Of a stretch of 25,872 bases of DNA, positions 12,486 through 22,726 are shown one piece after another (the first letter of the stretch is position 1; every line of letters starts with the position of its first letter). The DNA comes from Chiloscyllium plagiosum (taxonomy: Eukaryota). Where the stretch lies: positions 21,973,042 to 21,998,913 of the forward strand of contig NC_057720.1 of NCBI RefSeq assembly GCF_004010195.1, given 5' to 3'. The notes under the pieces were generated by a model. That model searched no databases, was not told the DNA's origin, and saw only the letters and a list, made by a program, of their open reading frames with translations. Made by a program: the position numbers and the translations under genes.

Positions 12486-12648
12486 TCATTAATGGGATAA
12501 AGGGGTCACTGACAAGGCCCAGCATTTATTGCCCATTCCAAATTGGTCAGAAGGTAGTTAAGAGGCAACCAGATTGCTGTGAGTCTGGAGTCACATGTGG
12601 GCCAGAATAGGACAGAATGGCAGATTTCTTTCCCTAAAGGACATTAGA
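12486..12648 (-). mobile_element. SINE with LINE-derived tail, decayed copy 2
   Basis: cagcatttattgcccattccaaattg...agttaagaggcaaccagattgctgtgagtctggagtcacatgtgggccaga...ttccctaaaggacattag. Confidence 0.7.
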
Positions 12649-13804
12649 CCATAACAATATCACATAAAGTTTATGCCCTTATCTTTGATAACTTGATTTA
12701 AAATTTAAAATTTCTGATTTTAAACTCTAATTCTTTAATGCATTTTATTATAGTGAAATGAAAGCCTAACAGAAACTGATAATGCATGGGTTATGCAAAT
12801 TTAATATTCGTGATTTTTAAAGAGTTCTGAACTTTTATTTGCAGTGACATTGAAGCAAGTTATAGAACTTCAAAGCTAAGTTCTGGTCATGGTTACTTTA
12901 TCAGTATGTGCAAGTATACGTTGAGCTGCAGAAATCCTGTCTTTGGATTGTTGATTTAGCTTTACCGTGGAAGATATTTTAACATTTTTGCACCTTTTGT
13001 GAGGTTTTAAATGAAGAATATGCAGATATTTTCTTATCCAGCAGTGAGTTACATTCAGATTCCAAGGAGTAATATTGTTAAGGCATTGAGAACAACAGAA
13101 AAGCTGTATTGACACTGATGCCCTTTACTGCACAGTATATCAGTTTCAAAGTGATGGATGCAGCTCTGTCCCAGTGACTGTCCCTGCTATCCCCTTCCAT
13201 CCAGCCTGCAGCTGTTCTGGATATGCCTGCTTTCAGGAACTGCCAGTGTTAATTTGGACCTGCCTCTCTCTGAAGGATCTGAAAGTTTCCAAGGATTCTT
13301 TTGGGTGTGCGCATCCCTGAGGCACTGTCTGCTCCTTTAATTATTTTTGAGATGTGATGCTTTCCCTTTCATTTTTCTCCCTCTCACTGTCAGGAGTGGT
13401 ATTACCCACGCTGCATTTTAATCGAGGACCTTGGGAAGGATTTACCATGAGATGCCGGTGGATTCAAATTAGTTTGCAGTATTCTTTCCAAGCCACACAG
13501 CGAACACTTTCGAGTGGGTTGGAGGAATTTGTAGGTGTACATTACCCCGTTATTACAGGTTTAAAGACAATTATAACTGCAGTGGAGAAGTAGAGGCCAG
13601 AAAACATGGGCTTCCTGGTTCAACTGTTCAGGATATCCATTGAAGTAGATGTCATCAACCCTAGTGTTCCGTCACAACAATATTATGGTCACTTTCCTTC
13701 TTAGCATTGCTAGACAAATATTTGGGGATGGGGCTACTACCAGGCATGGTTACTGGTCAGTAACCAATCTGCCGCCAACCTGGATGTGATCGTTCAAGGG
13801 GAAG

Positions 13805-13888
13805 ACAGAAATTGCTGGAAACACTCAGCAGGTCAAGCAGCATCTATGGAGAGGATCAGAGAGTTAATGCTTTGGGTCACTGAAAGGT
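13805..13888 (-). mobile_element. Old Penelope-like terminal unit, hammerhead decayed
   Basis: acagaaattgctggaaacactcagcaggtcaagcagcatct shares the tgctggaaa...cagcaggtca.gcagcatc block with family A. Confidence 0.6.
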
Positions 13889-13937
13889 TGATTATCACTA
13901 ATGAACAATTATCCCCTTATTATCAGGCTAAGGGGCT

Positions 13938-14190
13938 TCCCGACTCAGGCAACTGACTGTGTGGAGTTTGCACATTCTCCCCATGTCTGCGTGGGTTTCC
14001 TCCGGGTGCTCCGGTTTCCTCCCACAGTCCAAAGATGTGCAGGTCAGGTGAATTGGCCATGCTAAATTGCCTGTAGTGTTAGGTAAAGGGGTAAATGTAG
14101 GGGAATGGGTGGGTTGCGCTTCGGCGGGTCGGTGTGGACGTGTTGGGCCGAAGGGCCTGTTTCCACACTGTAAGTAATCTAATCTAATCT
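13938..14190 (+). mobile_element. HE1 V-SINE, young, 5'-truncated
   Basis: Intact V-domain tgtgtggagtttgcacattctcccc...gggtttcctccgggtgctccggtttcctcccacagtccaaagatgtgcagg, tail gggccgaagggcctgtttccacactgt, then (taatc)n. Confidence 0.92.
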
Positions 14191-14654
14191 ACCTGCGTTT
14201 TTAATGGCAAACGTGATTTTCTTTGATGAACCAGCTTGTATCAGCCACACAAATACGGCAGTGTCACAACATTCATTGCATTTCAATGATGAGTCAGGCA
14301 GACACTGGTGTACAGAATGGTTCAACTTCAATAACAATTTTTAGATCTGTGAACAAAGCATACAGCCTAAACTGTTCCATACTTGTTACTCAGGTTCATA
14401 GTGGAAAGCAATTTAAAATAGAGAGCGTGAATCCAAACCCACAGTGAGAGTAATTACCGATAACCTCATCGTTTGTGTCTTGTTGAAGATATTATTTTGT
14501 TTTTTTTCCACCATGAGAATAGCTAGTGTCATTTAAAATGCCCAAGTCATTGCTAATATTCCTTCACAGTCATCAACAAGACTTGAATATATTTATGCAT
14601 TATTTAAAATATAATTGAATACCACAGTTACATTTACAATATGATTCAGATATC

Positions 14655-16625
14655 TGGTAACTGGACTCCAGGCTGAATATTTTCCATCAACCACCACTTG
14701 CTGCCTTCTTTCAGAAAGCAAGTTTCTAATCCAAACTGCGAAATCACCCTCAATTCCATTCCTCTGCATTTTCTTCAACAGCCTACCATGTGGAACCTTA
14801 TCAAAGGCTTTACTGAAGTCTGTGTATATCACATCAACTGCCCTACCCTCATCTACATGCTTGGTCACCTTCTCCAAAAACTCAATGAGGTTTGTGAGAC
14901 ACGACCTGCCCTTGACGCAACCGTGTTGACTATCTGAAATCAAATTGTTGCTTGCTAGATGATTATAAATCCTATCTCTTATAATCCTTTCCAAAACCTT
15001 TCCTACAACAGAAGTATGGCTCACTGGTCTATAATTACCTGGTCATCTCTACTGCCCTTCTTGAACAAGGGCACAAGATTGGCAATCCTCCAGTCCTCTG
15101 GTACTAAACCTGTAGACAATGACGACTCAAATATCAAAGCCAAAGGCTCTGCTATCTCCTCCTTAGCTTTCCAGAGAATCCTCTGATAAATCCCATCCGG
15201 CCCAGGGGACCTGTCTACTTTCACTCTTTCTAGAATTGATAACTAAGTTCGATCCTTTCTAGTCTAATATCTCATATCTCATTCTTTTCCTGTACAGTAT
15301 TCACCTTTTCCTGAGTGAAAACCAATGAGAAATGTTCGTTTAGCACCTCTCCAATCTCCACAGGGTTCACACTCAACTTCCCACTTCTGTCTTTGACTGG
15401 CCCTATTCCTACCCTAGTCATCCTCTTATTCCTCACATACCTATAGAAAGCTTTAGGGTTCTCCTTTATTCTATTTGCTAAAGACTGCTTGTGTCCTCTC
15501 ATTGCTCTTCTTAACTCTCTCTTTAAATCCTTCCTAGCTGATCTGAAATTCTCCATCGCCGCATCTGAACCATTTTGCCTCATCAACACATAAGCCTCCT
15601 TCTTCCGCTTAACAAGAGATGCAATTGATGTAGTAAACCACAGTTCCCTTACTTTATCGCTTCCTCCCTGCCTGACAGGGACATACCAGTCAAGGACACG
15701 CAATATCTGTTCCTTAAATCAGCTCCACATTTCCATTGTCTGCATCCCCTGCATTTTGCTACCCCACTCTATGCATCCTAATTCTTGCCTAATCACATTA
15801 TAATTGCTTTTGCTCCATCGATAACTCTTGACCTGTGACATGTACCTATCCCTTTCCATCGCTAAACTTAATGTAACTGAAGTCTAGATTAGAGTGGTGC
15901 TGGAAAAGCACAGCAGTTCAGGCAGCATCCGAGGAGCAGGAAAATCGACATTTTTGGCAAAAGCCTTCAAACGCAACTGAATTATGGTCACTGTCTCCAA
16001 AGTGCTCACTTACAACTAAATCAAACACCTGGCCTGGTTCATTACCAAGCACCAGATCCAGCGTGGCCTCCCCTCTTGTCTGCCCTTCTACATACTGCGT
16101 CACGAAACCCTCCTGCACCCATTGGACAAAAACTGATCCATCCGACTAGAGTTATAGAGTACTAGAGTTATAGCATTTCCAGTCAATGTTGGGGAAGTTA
16201 AAGTCCCCCATAATGACCACCCTGTTCCTTTCATTCCTACCCAGAATAATTTTGCCAGTCCTCTCTTCCACCTCCCTGGAACTCAGTAGAGGCCTATAAA
16301 AAAACTCCAACAGTGTGACCTCTCCTCTTCTGTTTCTAACCTCAGCCCACACTACCTCAGTAGACAAGTCCTCGTCAAAAGTTCTTTCAGCCACCATTAT
16401 ACTATCCTTGACTAACAAGGCCACACCTCCCCCTCTTTTACCACCTTACCTGTTCTTAATGAAAGATCTAAACCCTGGAACCTGCAACATCCATTCCTCA
16501 CCCTGCTCTATCCATGTCTCTGAAATAGCCATAACATCAAAGTCCCAGGTACCTATCCATACTGCAAGCTCACCTACCTGATTTCGGATACTTCTGGTGT
16601 TGAAGTAGACAAACTTCAAACCAGT
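14655..16625 (-). pseudogene. CR1 ORF2 remnant (APE endonuclease plus reverse transcriptase N-half)
   Basis: Colinear ORF fragments 16152-16424, 15918-16118, 15272-15703, 15021-15224 and 14593-15024. Confidence 0.9.
15882..15969 (-). mobile_element. Solo Penelope-like terminal unit (family B) inserted in the CR1
   Basis: gtctagattagagtggtgctggaaaagcacagc...aaaatcgacatttttggcaaaagccttca matches antisense 22985-23015 and 23230-23300. Imperfect TSD aatgtaactgaa / aacgcaactgaa (10/12). Confidence 0.85.
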
Positions 16626-16744
16626 ATGCTATCTGCCAGCACATTCCTGTGACGTTGAAATCCTGTCTCTGTCCTCCCTACTCTCATCCTCCTGTGCACT
16701 GCCACTATACCTCAGGTTCCCATCCCCCTGCTGAGCTGGTTTAA

Positions 16745-17080
16745 ACCCACTCGAATAGCACCAGCAAATTTCCCACCCAGGATATTAGTACCCCTCTGGT
16801 TTAAGTGAAGACCGTCCTGTTTGTACAGGTCCCACCTTCCCCAGAATGAGCCCCAATTATCCAAAAACCTGAAACCCTCCCTCCTGCACCATCCTTGCAG
16901 CCACGTGTTCAGCTGCTATCTCTCCCTATTCCTTGCCTCGCTATCACAAGGCATAGGTAACAAACCAGACATAACAACTCTGTTTGTTCTAGCTCTCAGC
17001 TTCCACCCTAGCTCCCTGAAATCCTGCCTTACGTCCCTATCCCTCTTTCTACCTATGTTGTTGGTACCTACATGGACCAC
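16745..17080 (-). pseudogene. CR1 ORF1 SGNH esterase domain remnant
   Basis: The minus strand reads VVHVGTNNIGRK...VVMSGLLP...NRER*QLNTWLQGWCRREGFRFLDNW...YKQDGLHLNQRG (GxND and DxxH blocks). Confidence 0.88.
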
Positions 17081-17697
17081 TGACTTATATAGCTGGGCGG
17101 AAATAAAAAGAAGTCCCTCCTTTCCCAGAAACCTCTGCTCTCTGATTTCAAAAATGAAATCTCAAATCAGTGACTCACCACTTCCGGCAGTCCCCTGAAG
17201 CAAGCTCCCGCCCTTTGAGTTGCTGCTGCTGCTAAAATACAGAAAATCAGCTGACTTTAAACTTGGTAGAGTGGTAGCCTGCCTCTTATGCGAAAGAGCT
17301 CAATTGTGAGAGTGTTTGATCAGCCGATGTGTCTATTAATCAGTATTCACTTCCCAGCAGCACGCTCTGTGACAACATGCCAAAAAATAATCGCGATGAA
17401 AGATGATTATTAGTAGAAGCTGTAGTGGGAAATATTGCAAGGTGCAAATGGAGGTAAATATTTGTTAGATGATGAGTGTGTGAATCAGTGCTCAAAAGGA
17501 AGAGGTCGTTAGTTCACAAAGCTCCAAAGAGCACACATCTGGAGTGACTGATGTATTCCATCAACTAAAGCTCTGCAGGAAGGGTTGGGAGAAAAGCAGC
17601 ATTTTGACTGTGTAATTTAACTGAAGCAATCCCGTTAGTTTGTGTTCTCTGCTACATATGTAGACAGAGTGGGAAGAGAAAACCTTAACCACATGGT

Positions 17698-18197
17698 TTA
17701 GAATCACAGAGTCATTGTGATGTACGGCACAGAAACAGACTCTTCGGTCTAACCTGAAAACGCCGATCAGATATCCCAACCCAATCTAGTCCCACCTGCC
17801 AGCACCTGGCCAATATCCCTCCAAACCCTTCCTATTCATATACCCATCCAAATGCCTTTTAAATGTTGCAATTGTACCAGCCTCCATCACTTCCTCTGGC
17901 AGTTCATTCCACACCCATACCACCCGCTGCATGAAAAGTTGCCCCTTAGGTCTCTTTTATATTTTTCCCCTCTCACCCTAAACCTATGCCCTCTAGTTCT
18001 AGACTCCCTGACCCCAGGGAAAAGACTTTGCCTATTTACCCTATCCATTTCCCTCATGATTTTGTAAACCTCTATAAGGTCACTCCTCAGCCTCCGATGC
18101 TCCAGGGAAAACAACCCCAGCCTATTCAACCTCTCCCTATCGCTCAAATCCTCCAACCCTGGCAACATCCTTGTAAATCTTTTCTGAACCCTTTCAA
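17698..18197 (-). mobile_element. CR1/HER1 LINE 3' end
   Basis: LERVQKRFTRMLPGLE...ERLNRLGLFSLEHRRLRSDLIEVYKIM...TRGH, followed by the 3'UTR. Confidence 0.95.
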
Positions 18198-18451
18198 GGT
18201 TCAAGTTTTGTGGAAATGAAGAGAACAACCTTCTTTCCATGTGAGGTATCTTGCTTTCCTTTACGGTATGTTCACAGAAATAACAAGTCAGTGATCCAGA
18301 AAATCAATTTGTACTCAAGCATTTCTTAATCTAAAGATCCCCTTCAAATTCATGCAAAACATGTCCTGAAACTGCCCCATTTTCCTCGCAGGAATTAAGA
18401 CTTTTCCAAGTTTATCAAATCTTGCAATGTAGATCTGGCTCCAATATCTAA

Positions 18452-18575
18452 TAAAAGGAAAATACTGTGGATGTTGGAAATATGAAGTAAAAACAAAGTG
18501 CTGAAGAAGTTCAGTAGGTTGGGCAGCATCTGTCGGGAAAGGATAGGAGATACCCTTTTGAGTCCTGAATGATTT
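18452..18575 (-). mobile_element. Old Penelope-like terminal unit, decayed
   Basis: aaaatactgtggatgttggaaatatgaa...gtgctgaagaagttcagtaggttgggcagcatctg parallels family A ctgcagatgctggagatcaga...gctggaaaagcgcagcaggtcaggcagcatc. Confidence 0.55.
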
Positions 18576-19086
18576 GTCTTTGGATTTGGATGAGTTAGTG
18601 GAGTTGGACATTATTTCTCTGGCTGATCTGTGTAATTAATATGTCTTCAGTGTGAAATGATTTTTCAACTTGTTTTATATTTAATGTTCTTTCATGTGTA
18701 TCTGAATTTGTAACTTGATGCATTTAGTGATTTATTTGCATAATTGAAATTGCAAAAACAGTCTTCAGAAGTTTTGGTCTAGGAAAGGCTACTGAACTCA
18801 ACAAGAACCATTCCTCTTGATGAATCACCAGCCCTTCTCACCACATCATTCAAATTCCTTTAGTAGATCAGAGCTGCCAGTCAGCTGTTGTGACGAGTGG
18901 AAACAACAGAAGAGGGACAGCACACCCTCAACATTATGCTGGATAGAGGTATACATCATGGAAACAGGTCCTACGGCCCAACTCTGACACACTGACCAGG
19001 GGTCCGAAACAAAGCTAGTCATATTTTGTGTGTTTGGTCCATATTCCTCTTAACCTTTCCTATCCACGTACCTGTCTTTTAAATGT

Positions 19087-19974
19087 GCTCCAAGATGGCG
19101 GCAGAGTAGGATGCTCCAGTTGGAGCTCTTCTGCTCATCAGTTCCTTTCTTGTTCTGCTTTAATATTCTCCTCTTTGCAGTATTTTTCCTTTGCCACTCC
19201 CCCCCCCCCCTCCCCCCCACCACCACCAAATTCAATCTCCGTTGACCTGGAGAATGGAGTCAAGGGAGATGAGTCAAGATGGGAGCTTAGGCAGGAGCTC
19301 AGCACATGGGCTGAGTCCCAGAGCGGGGAAGAGAGCGAGCATGGACCAAGTCCCAGAGCAGGGGGAGAATGAGCAGGGACCATATGTTGGAGTGTGCAGA
19401 AGAGTGAGGACGGACTGATCCCCGGAGCAGGGAGGAGAGTGATGACGACTGAGTCCCGGAGTGGGAGGAGAGCAAACATGGACCAAGTCCCGGAGCAGGG
19501 AGGAGAGTGAGCACTGAGCACCGTCCGAATCCCAGAGCTGGGAGGAGACCGAGCACGGACCAAGTCCCGGAGTGGGGAGGAGAGTGAACATGGACCGAGT
19601 CCTGGAGCGGGGAGGAGAGTGAATACGGACCGGGTCCCGGAGTGGGGAGGAGAGTGAGCACGGATCGAGTCCCGGAGCGGGGACCAAGTCCCCGTATGGG
19701 GAACAGAGCGAATCCTGGACAGAGGCCAGCGCATGGAGGCAGCGTTGCCTCGTGTTCTGAAGTTGAAGGGCATGGACGCATGTTGGAAAGGGACTAGAAC
19801 GTCTTGAATGCTTAAAACTCTATTCCATGCTTATCTTTTTGTTAACTCTGTAACAATACTTCATGTATCTGTACCTGGGTCGTCTATACCTAAGATGAAA
19901 CCGAAAGTGACATTATAAACTTTCGATTGCACTCATTGAGTGCACACGACAATAAAGGTTATTCTATTCTATTC
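19087..19974 (+). mobile_element. Non-autonomous composite retroposon (YY1-type head, VNTR, Rex1-like tail)
   Basis: Starts gctcCAAGATGGCGGC and ends gacAATAAAggtt(attct)3. Flanked by the 7-bp TSD taaatgt (19080-19086 and 19975-19981). Confidence 0.8.
19307..19720. repeat. GC-rich 35-bp minisatellite, ~11-12 diverged units
   Basis: Consensus approximately cggaccgagtcccggagcggggaggagagtgagca. Confidence 0.92.
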
Positions 19975-20897
19975 TAAATGTTGTAATTGTACCCATTTTC
20001 ACGCCCTCCTCTGGCAGCTCATTCCATACACGCACTATCTTCCTTGTGAAAAAGTTGCCCCTCAAGTGTCTTAAATCTTGCCCCTCTCACATTAAACCTA
20101 TGCTCTCTCATTTTGTACTCCCCTACCCTGGGAAAAGACTTTGGCTATTCACCTTACCTATGCTCCTCATGATTTAATAAACCTCCAAAAGGTCACTCCT
20201 CAGCCCCTGATGTGACAAGGAAAAATGTCCCAGCCTATCCAGCCTCTCCTTCCAACTCAAACCTTCCAGTTTCAGTCAATCATTTTTGCACCCTATTTAG
20301 TTTGATAACATCCTCTGATAGCAGGGCGATCAGATCTGGTACAAATATAAAACAACATCCCAACTCCTGTATGCCTCAGATGTTCCCAGTGAGGAAATTC
20401 CTTCATCACTCACTCTGTGTATTCAACACTTTCCATTTTGCCTTGTGCCCCAATGTTTAAACTTGTAGTTATTTTCATCAACCTGTTCAGATATATCTCC
20501 AAGAGAGCCAGGACTTGAAATCCATGTGACATTTTATAAATTACAACTTTGGAAACAGAACCAGTCTGACTCAAGATTGGGATATAGACAGACTCTAGCC
20601 GCACTCCTTTAATGCATTGCCTGAACTGATATGTCACCTTTTTTTTATAAAACCTTAAGATATCTTGAGAATGTTACTTAAAAGAATTTCTGGGATTTAC
20701 GTATTAATGAACCAAAACCTACAACCAATTCTAAAAGATGAAAGACTTAACAGCAATCTAGGTTTGTTCAATATATCATATAAGTTAGATACATGATTTG
20801 CTATAAATTCTGTGTCTTACGGTCCTGGTCCACAACTACCTGATGAAGGAGTAGCGCTCCAAAAGATAGTGCTTCCAAATAGACATGTTGGACTATA

Positions 20898-20986
20898 GCT
20901 GAAAATGTGTTGCTGGAAAAGCGCAGCAGGTCAGGCAGCATCCAGGGAACAGGAGAATCGACGTTTCGGGCATAAGCCCTTCTTCA
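20898..20986 (-). mobile_element. Solo 89-bp family-A hammerhead unit nested in the family-C element
   Basis: Exact 8-bp TSD ggactata at 20890-20897 and 20987-20994. Confidence 0.9.
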
Positions 20987-20992
20987 GGACTA
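20955..20992 (-). ncRNA. Minimal type-I hammerhead ribozyme motif
   Basis: Minus strand reads agtc CTGAAGA a GGGC ttat GCCC GAAA CG TC gatt. The core is intact and stem I is 4 bp including one G-U. Confidence 0.8.
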
Positions 20993-21067
20993 TAACCTGG
21001 TGTTGTATGATTTTTAACTTTGTCCCCCTCGCACATATTTAACTTGTAGATATATTTTAATGTTAAG

Positions 21068-21161
21068 GCATGTTATGACACATATGTAGACCAAATGTAA
21101 TTTGAGCCCATATTTGCCTGCCCTGAGGTGGAGACACTACCACTGCACCACAAGAGCCCTT
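21068..21161 (-). mobile_element. Short tRNA-derived SINE
   Basis: The minus strand reads gggctcttgtggtgcagtggtagtgtctccacctc (A-box TGGTGCAGTGG)...gtgtcataacatg. Confidence 0.7.
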
Positions 21162-21249
21162 GCAGATGTTACTCATCAACCTGTCAAAGCACCCAATGAC
21201 ACGTGAATGGAGGAGGAGTGGGACTTGAATGCTTTAGAAACACTATCAA

Positions 21250-21520
21250 AGAACAAAGAAAATTACAGCACAGGAACAAGCCCTTTGGCCCTCCAAGCCT
21301 GCACCGATCCAGATGCTCTATCTAAACCTGTTGCCTATTTTCTAAGGGTCTGTAACCCTTTTCTCCCTGCTCATGCATGTACTATACCTGTCCAGATATG
21401 TCTTAAATGATGCTATCGTGCTTGCCTCTACCACCTCCTTTGGCAATGCATTCCAGGCACCCACCACTCTCTGCATAAAGAACTTTCCACACATACCTCC
21501 GCTGAGCTTTCCTCTCACTG
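21250..21520 (-). mobile_element. CR1 LINE 3' end
   Basis: Minus ORF reads KFFMQRVVGAWNALPKEVVEASTIASFKTYLDRY. The tail (plus strand) is agaacaaagaaaattacagcacaggaacaagccctttggccc. Confidence 0.9.
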
Positions 21521-21621
21521 TACCACGAGTCCTGATTACATTTTTAAAATTGACCTGCTCAGGAATGTGATGAAACACTCCACTGTAGGCAGGACTTGAA
21601 CCTAGACTGTCTGGTTCAGAG

Positions 21622-21844
21622 CTGAAAATGTGTTGCTGGAAAAGCGCAGCAGGTCAGGCAGCATCCAAGGAGCAGGAGAATCGACTTTTCAGGCATGAGC
21701 CCTTCTTCAGGAATCCTGAAGAAGGGTTCATGCCCGAAACGTCGATTCTCCTGTTCCTTGGATGCTGCCTGACCTGCTGCGCTTTTCAAGCAACACATTT
21801 TCAGCTCTGATCTCCAGCATCTGCAGTCCTCACTTTCTCCTGCA
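21622..21844. mobile_element. Head-to-head inverted dimer of family-A terminal units
   Basis: 96-bp arms at 21616-21711 and 21715-21810 around a 3-nt spacer aat. The right arm has a ~34-nt extra tail. 10-bp TSD tggttcagag (21612-21621 and 21845-21854). Confidence 0.92.
21711..21748 (+). ncRNA. Minimal type-I hammerhead ribozyme motif
   Basis: GAATC CTGAAGA a GGGT tcat GCCC GAAA CG TC GATTC, with a perfect 5-bp stem I and an intact core. Confidence 0.82.
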
Positions 21845-22135
21845 TGGTTCAGAGGTAGGGATTATCCTCCTGTACCACAGGAGTCCTTGAGGCCCTGAAT
21901 CTTTTTGCCACAGTGATGAATTGAACATGGGACCAGAATCTTGCAACAGCAATTCCTGTTGCCTGCAATACAAAGCTTTGTACTTCTGGTCCTTTGGCCC
22001 TGGGCCATCGAGGATCTAGAATGGTTGACTGATATTAGGTCAAGAGAGAAAGTGAGGGCTGCAGATGCTGGAGATCAGAGCTGAAAATGTGTTGCTGGAA
22101 AAGCGCAGCAGGTCAGGCAGCATCCAAGGAACAGG

Positions 22136-22175
22136 AGAATCGACGTTTCGGGCATATGTCCTTCTTCAGGAATGA
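22136..22175 (-). ncRNA. Hammerhead motif with a stem II mismatch
   Basis: Minus strand reads cattc CTGAAGA a GGAC atat GCCC GAAA CGTC gattc. Confidence 0.6.
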
Positions 22176-22265
22176 GGAAAGTGTGCCCAGCAGGCTAAGA
22201 TAAAAGGTAGGGAGGAGGGACTTGGGGGAGGGGCGTNNNNNNNNNNNNNNNNNNNNNNNNNNNNN

Positions 22266-22435
22266 GTGATGGGGGATGGAGGTGTACAGGGACTAGATGT
22301 CCATGGTGAAAATAAGGCGTTGGGGACCGGGGAGGCGAAAATCATGGAGGAGGTGGAGGGCGTGGGTGGTGTCCCGAACGTAGGTGGGGAGTTCTTGGAC
22401 TAAGGGGGACAGGACCGTGTCGAGGTATGCAGAGA
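22266..22435 (-). pseudogene. Penelope-like reverse transcriptase fragment
   Basis: SAYLDTVLSPLVQELPTYVRDTTHAL...LIFTMDI*SLYTSIPH, the PLE RT motif DxxSLYTxIP with an in-frame TAG. Confidence 0.88.
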
Positions 22436-22630
22436 CCAACCAACCCAACCAAATCCCTCGAACTGAGCCATGCCTTCCTAACCTGCAATCATCTTCCTGA
22501 CCTCTCCGCCCCCACCCCACTCCGGCCTATCATCCTCACCTTGACCTCCCTCCACCTATCGCATTTCCAAAGCCCCTCCGCCAGTCCCTCCTCCCTACCT
22601 TTTATCTTAGCCTGCTGGACACACTTTCCT

Positions 22631-22670
22631 CATTCCTGAAGAAGGGCTTATGCCCGAAACATCGATTCTC
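22631..22670 (+). ncRNA. Hammerhead motif with stem III mutated (ACGT to ACAT)
   Basis: cattc CTGAAGA a GGGC ttat GCCC GAAA CA TC gattctc. Confidence 0.6.
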
Positions 22671-22726
22671 CTGTTCCTTGGATGCTGCCTGACCTGCTGC
22701 GCTTTTCCAGCAACACATTTTCAGCT

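Larger units (their letters stand above)
14655..17260 (-). mobile_element. CR1 LINE 5' portion: probable 5'UTR, partial ORF1, ORF2 APE plus N-terminal RT; 3'-truncated and disrupted
   Basis: APE motifs FYRP..., VVIMGDFNFPNIDW, TRGEATLDLVL, SDHN. RT motifs SPGPDGI, PEDWRIAN..PLFKKG, QHG..KGRSCLTNLIEF, DVIYTDFSKAFDKVPH. Frameshifts and stops are present. Confidence 0.95.
18942..20400 (-). mobile_element. CR1/HER1 3' fragment split by the 19087-19974 insertion
   Basis: 18942-19086 and 19975-20330 are colinear with 17698-18197 (ttttaaatgttgtaattgtacc...ctctggcagctcattcca...gaaaaagttgcccc...). Confidence 0.85.
20610..21023 (+). mobile_element. Penelope-like 3' terminal region (family C) with decayed hammerhead; host of a nested insertion
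   Basis: CTGATGA aGGAGtagcgCTCC aAAA gata at 20840-20868, then gttggactata[insert]acctggtgttgtatgatttttaactttgt. The 5' boundary is approximate. Confidence 0.7.
21549..21888 (-). mobile_element. Short tRNA-derived SINE split by the palindromic Penelope insertion
   Basis: Removing the insert gives, on the minus strand, ggactcctgtggtacaggagg...ccctacctctgaaccaga...ggttcaagtcc (B-box). Confidence 0.65.

Noticed and set aside
13805..13888. Functional hammerheads here and at 15882-15969, 18452-18575 and 20840-20868
   Set aside because: The core boxes are truncated or mutated (for example GAAA to AAAA), so they are kept only as relics.
19307..19720. CRISPR-like array of ~35-bp units
   Set aside because: The units abut with no unique spacers, there are no cas genes, and the context is eukaryotic. 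It is a minisatellite.
19138..19781. Long overlapping ORFs (211, 160 and 137 aa)
   Set aside because: By-products of a stop-poor GC-rich VNTR, with repetitive translations in several frames.
21100..21161. tRNA gene
   Set aside because: It has an A-box only, a decayed B-box and no cloverleaf. It is a SINE head.
21616..21810. Near-identical 60-aa ORFs on both strands
   Set aside because: A consequence of the palindrome. The same peptide recurs wherever the non-coding terminal repeat occurs.
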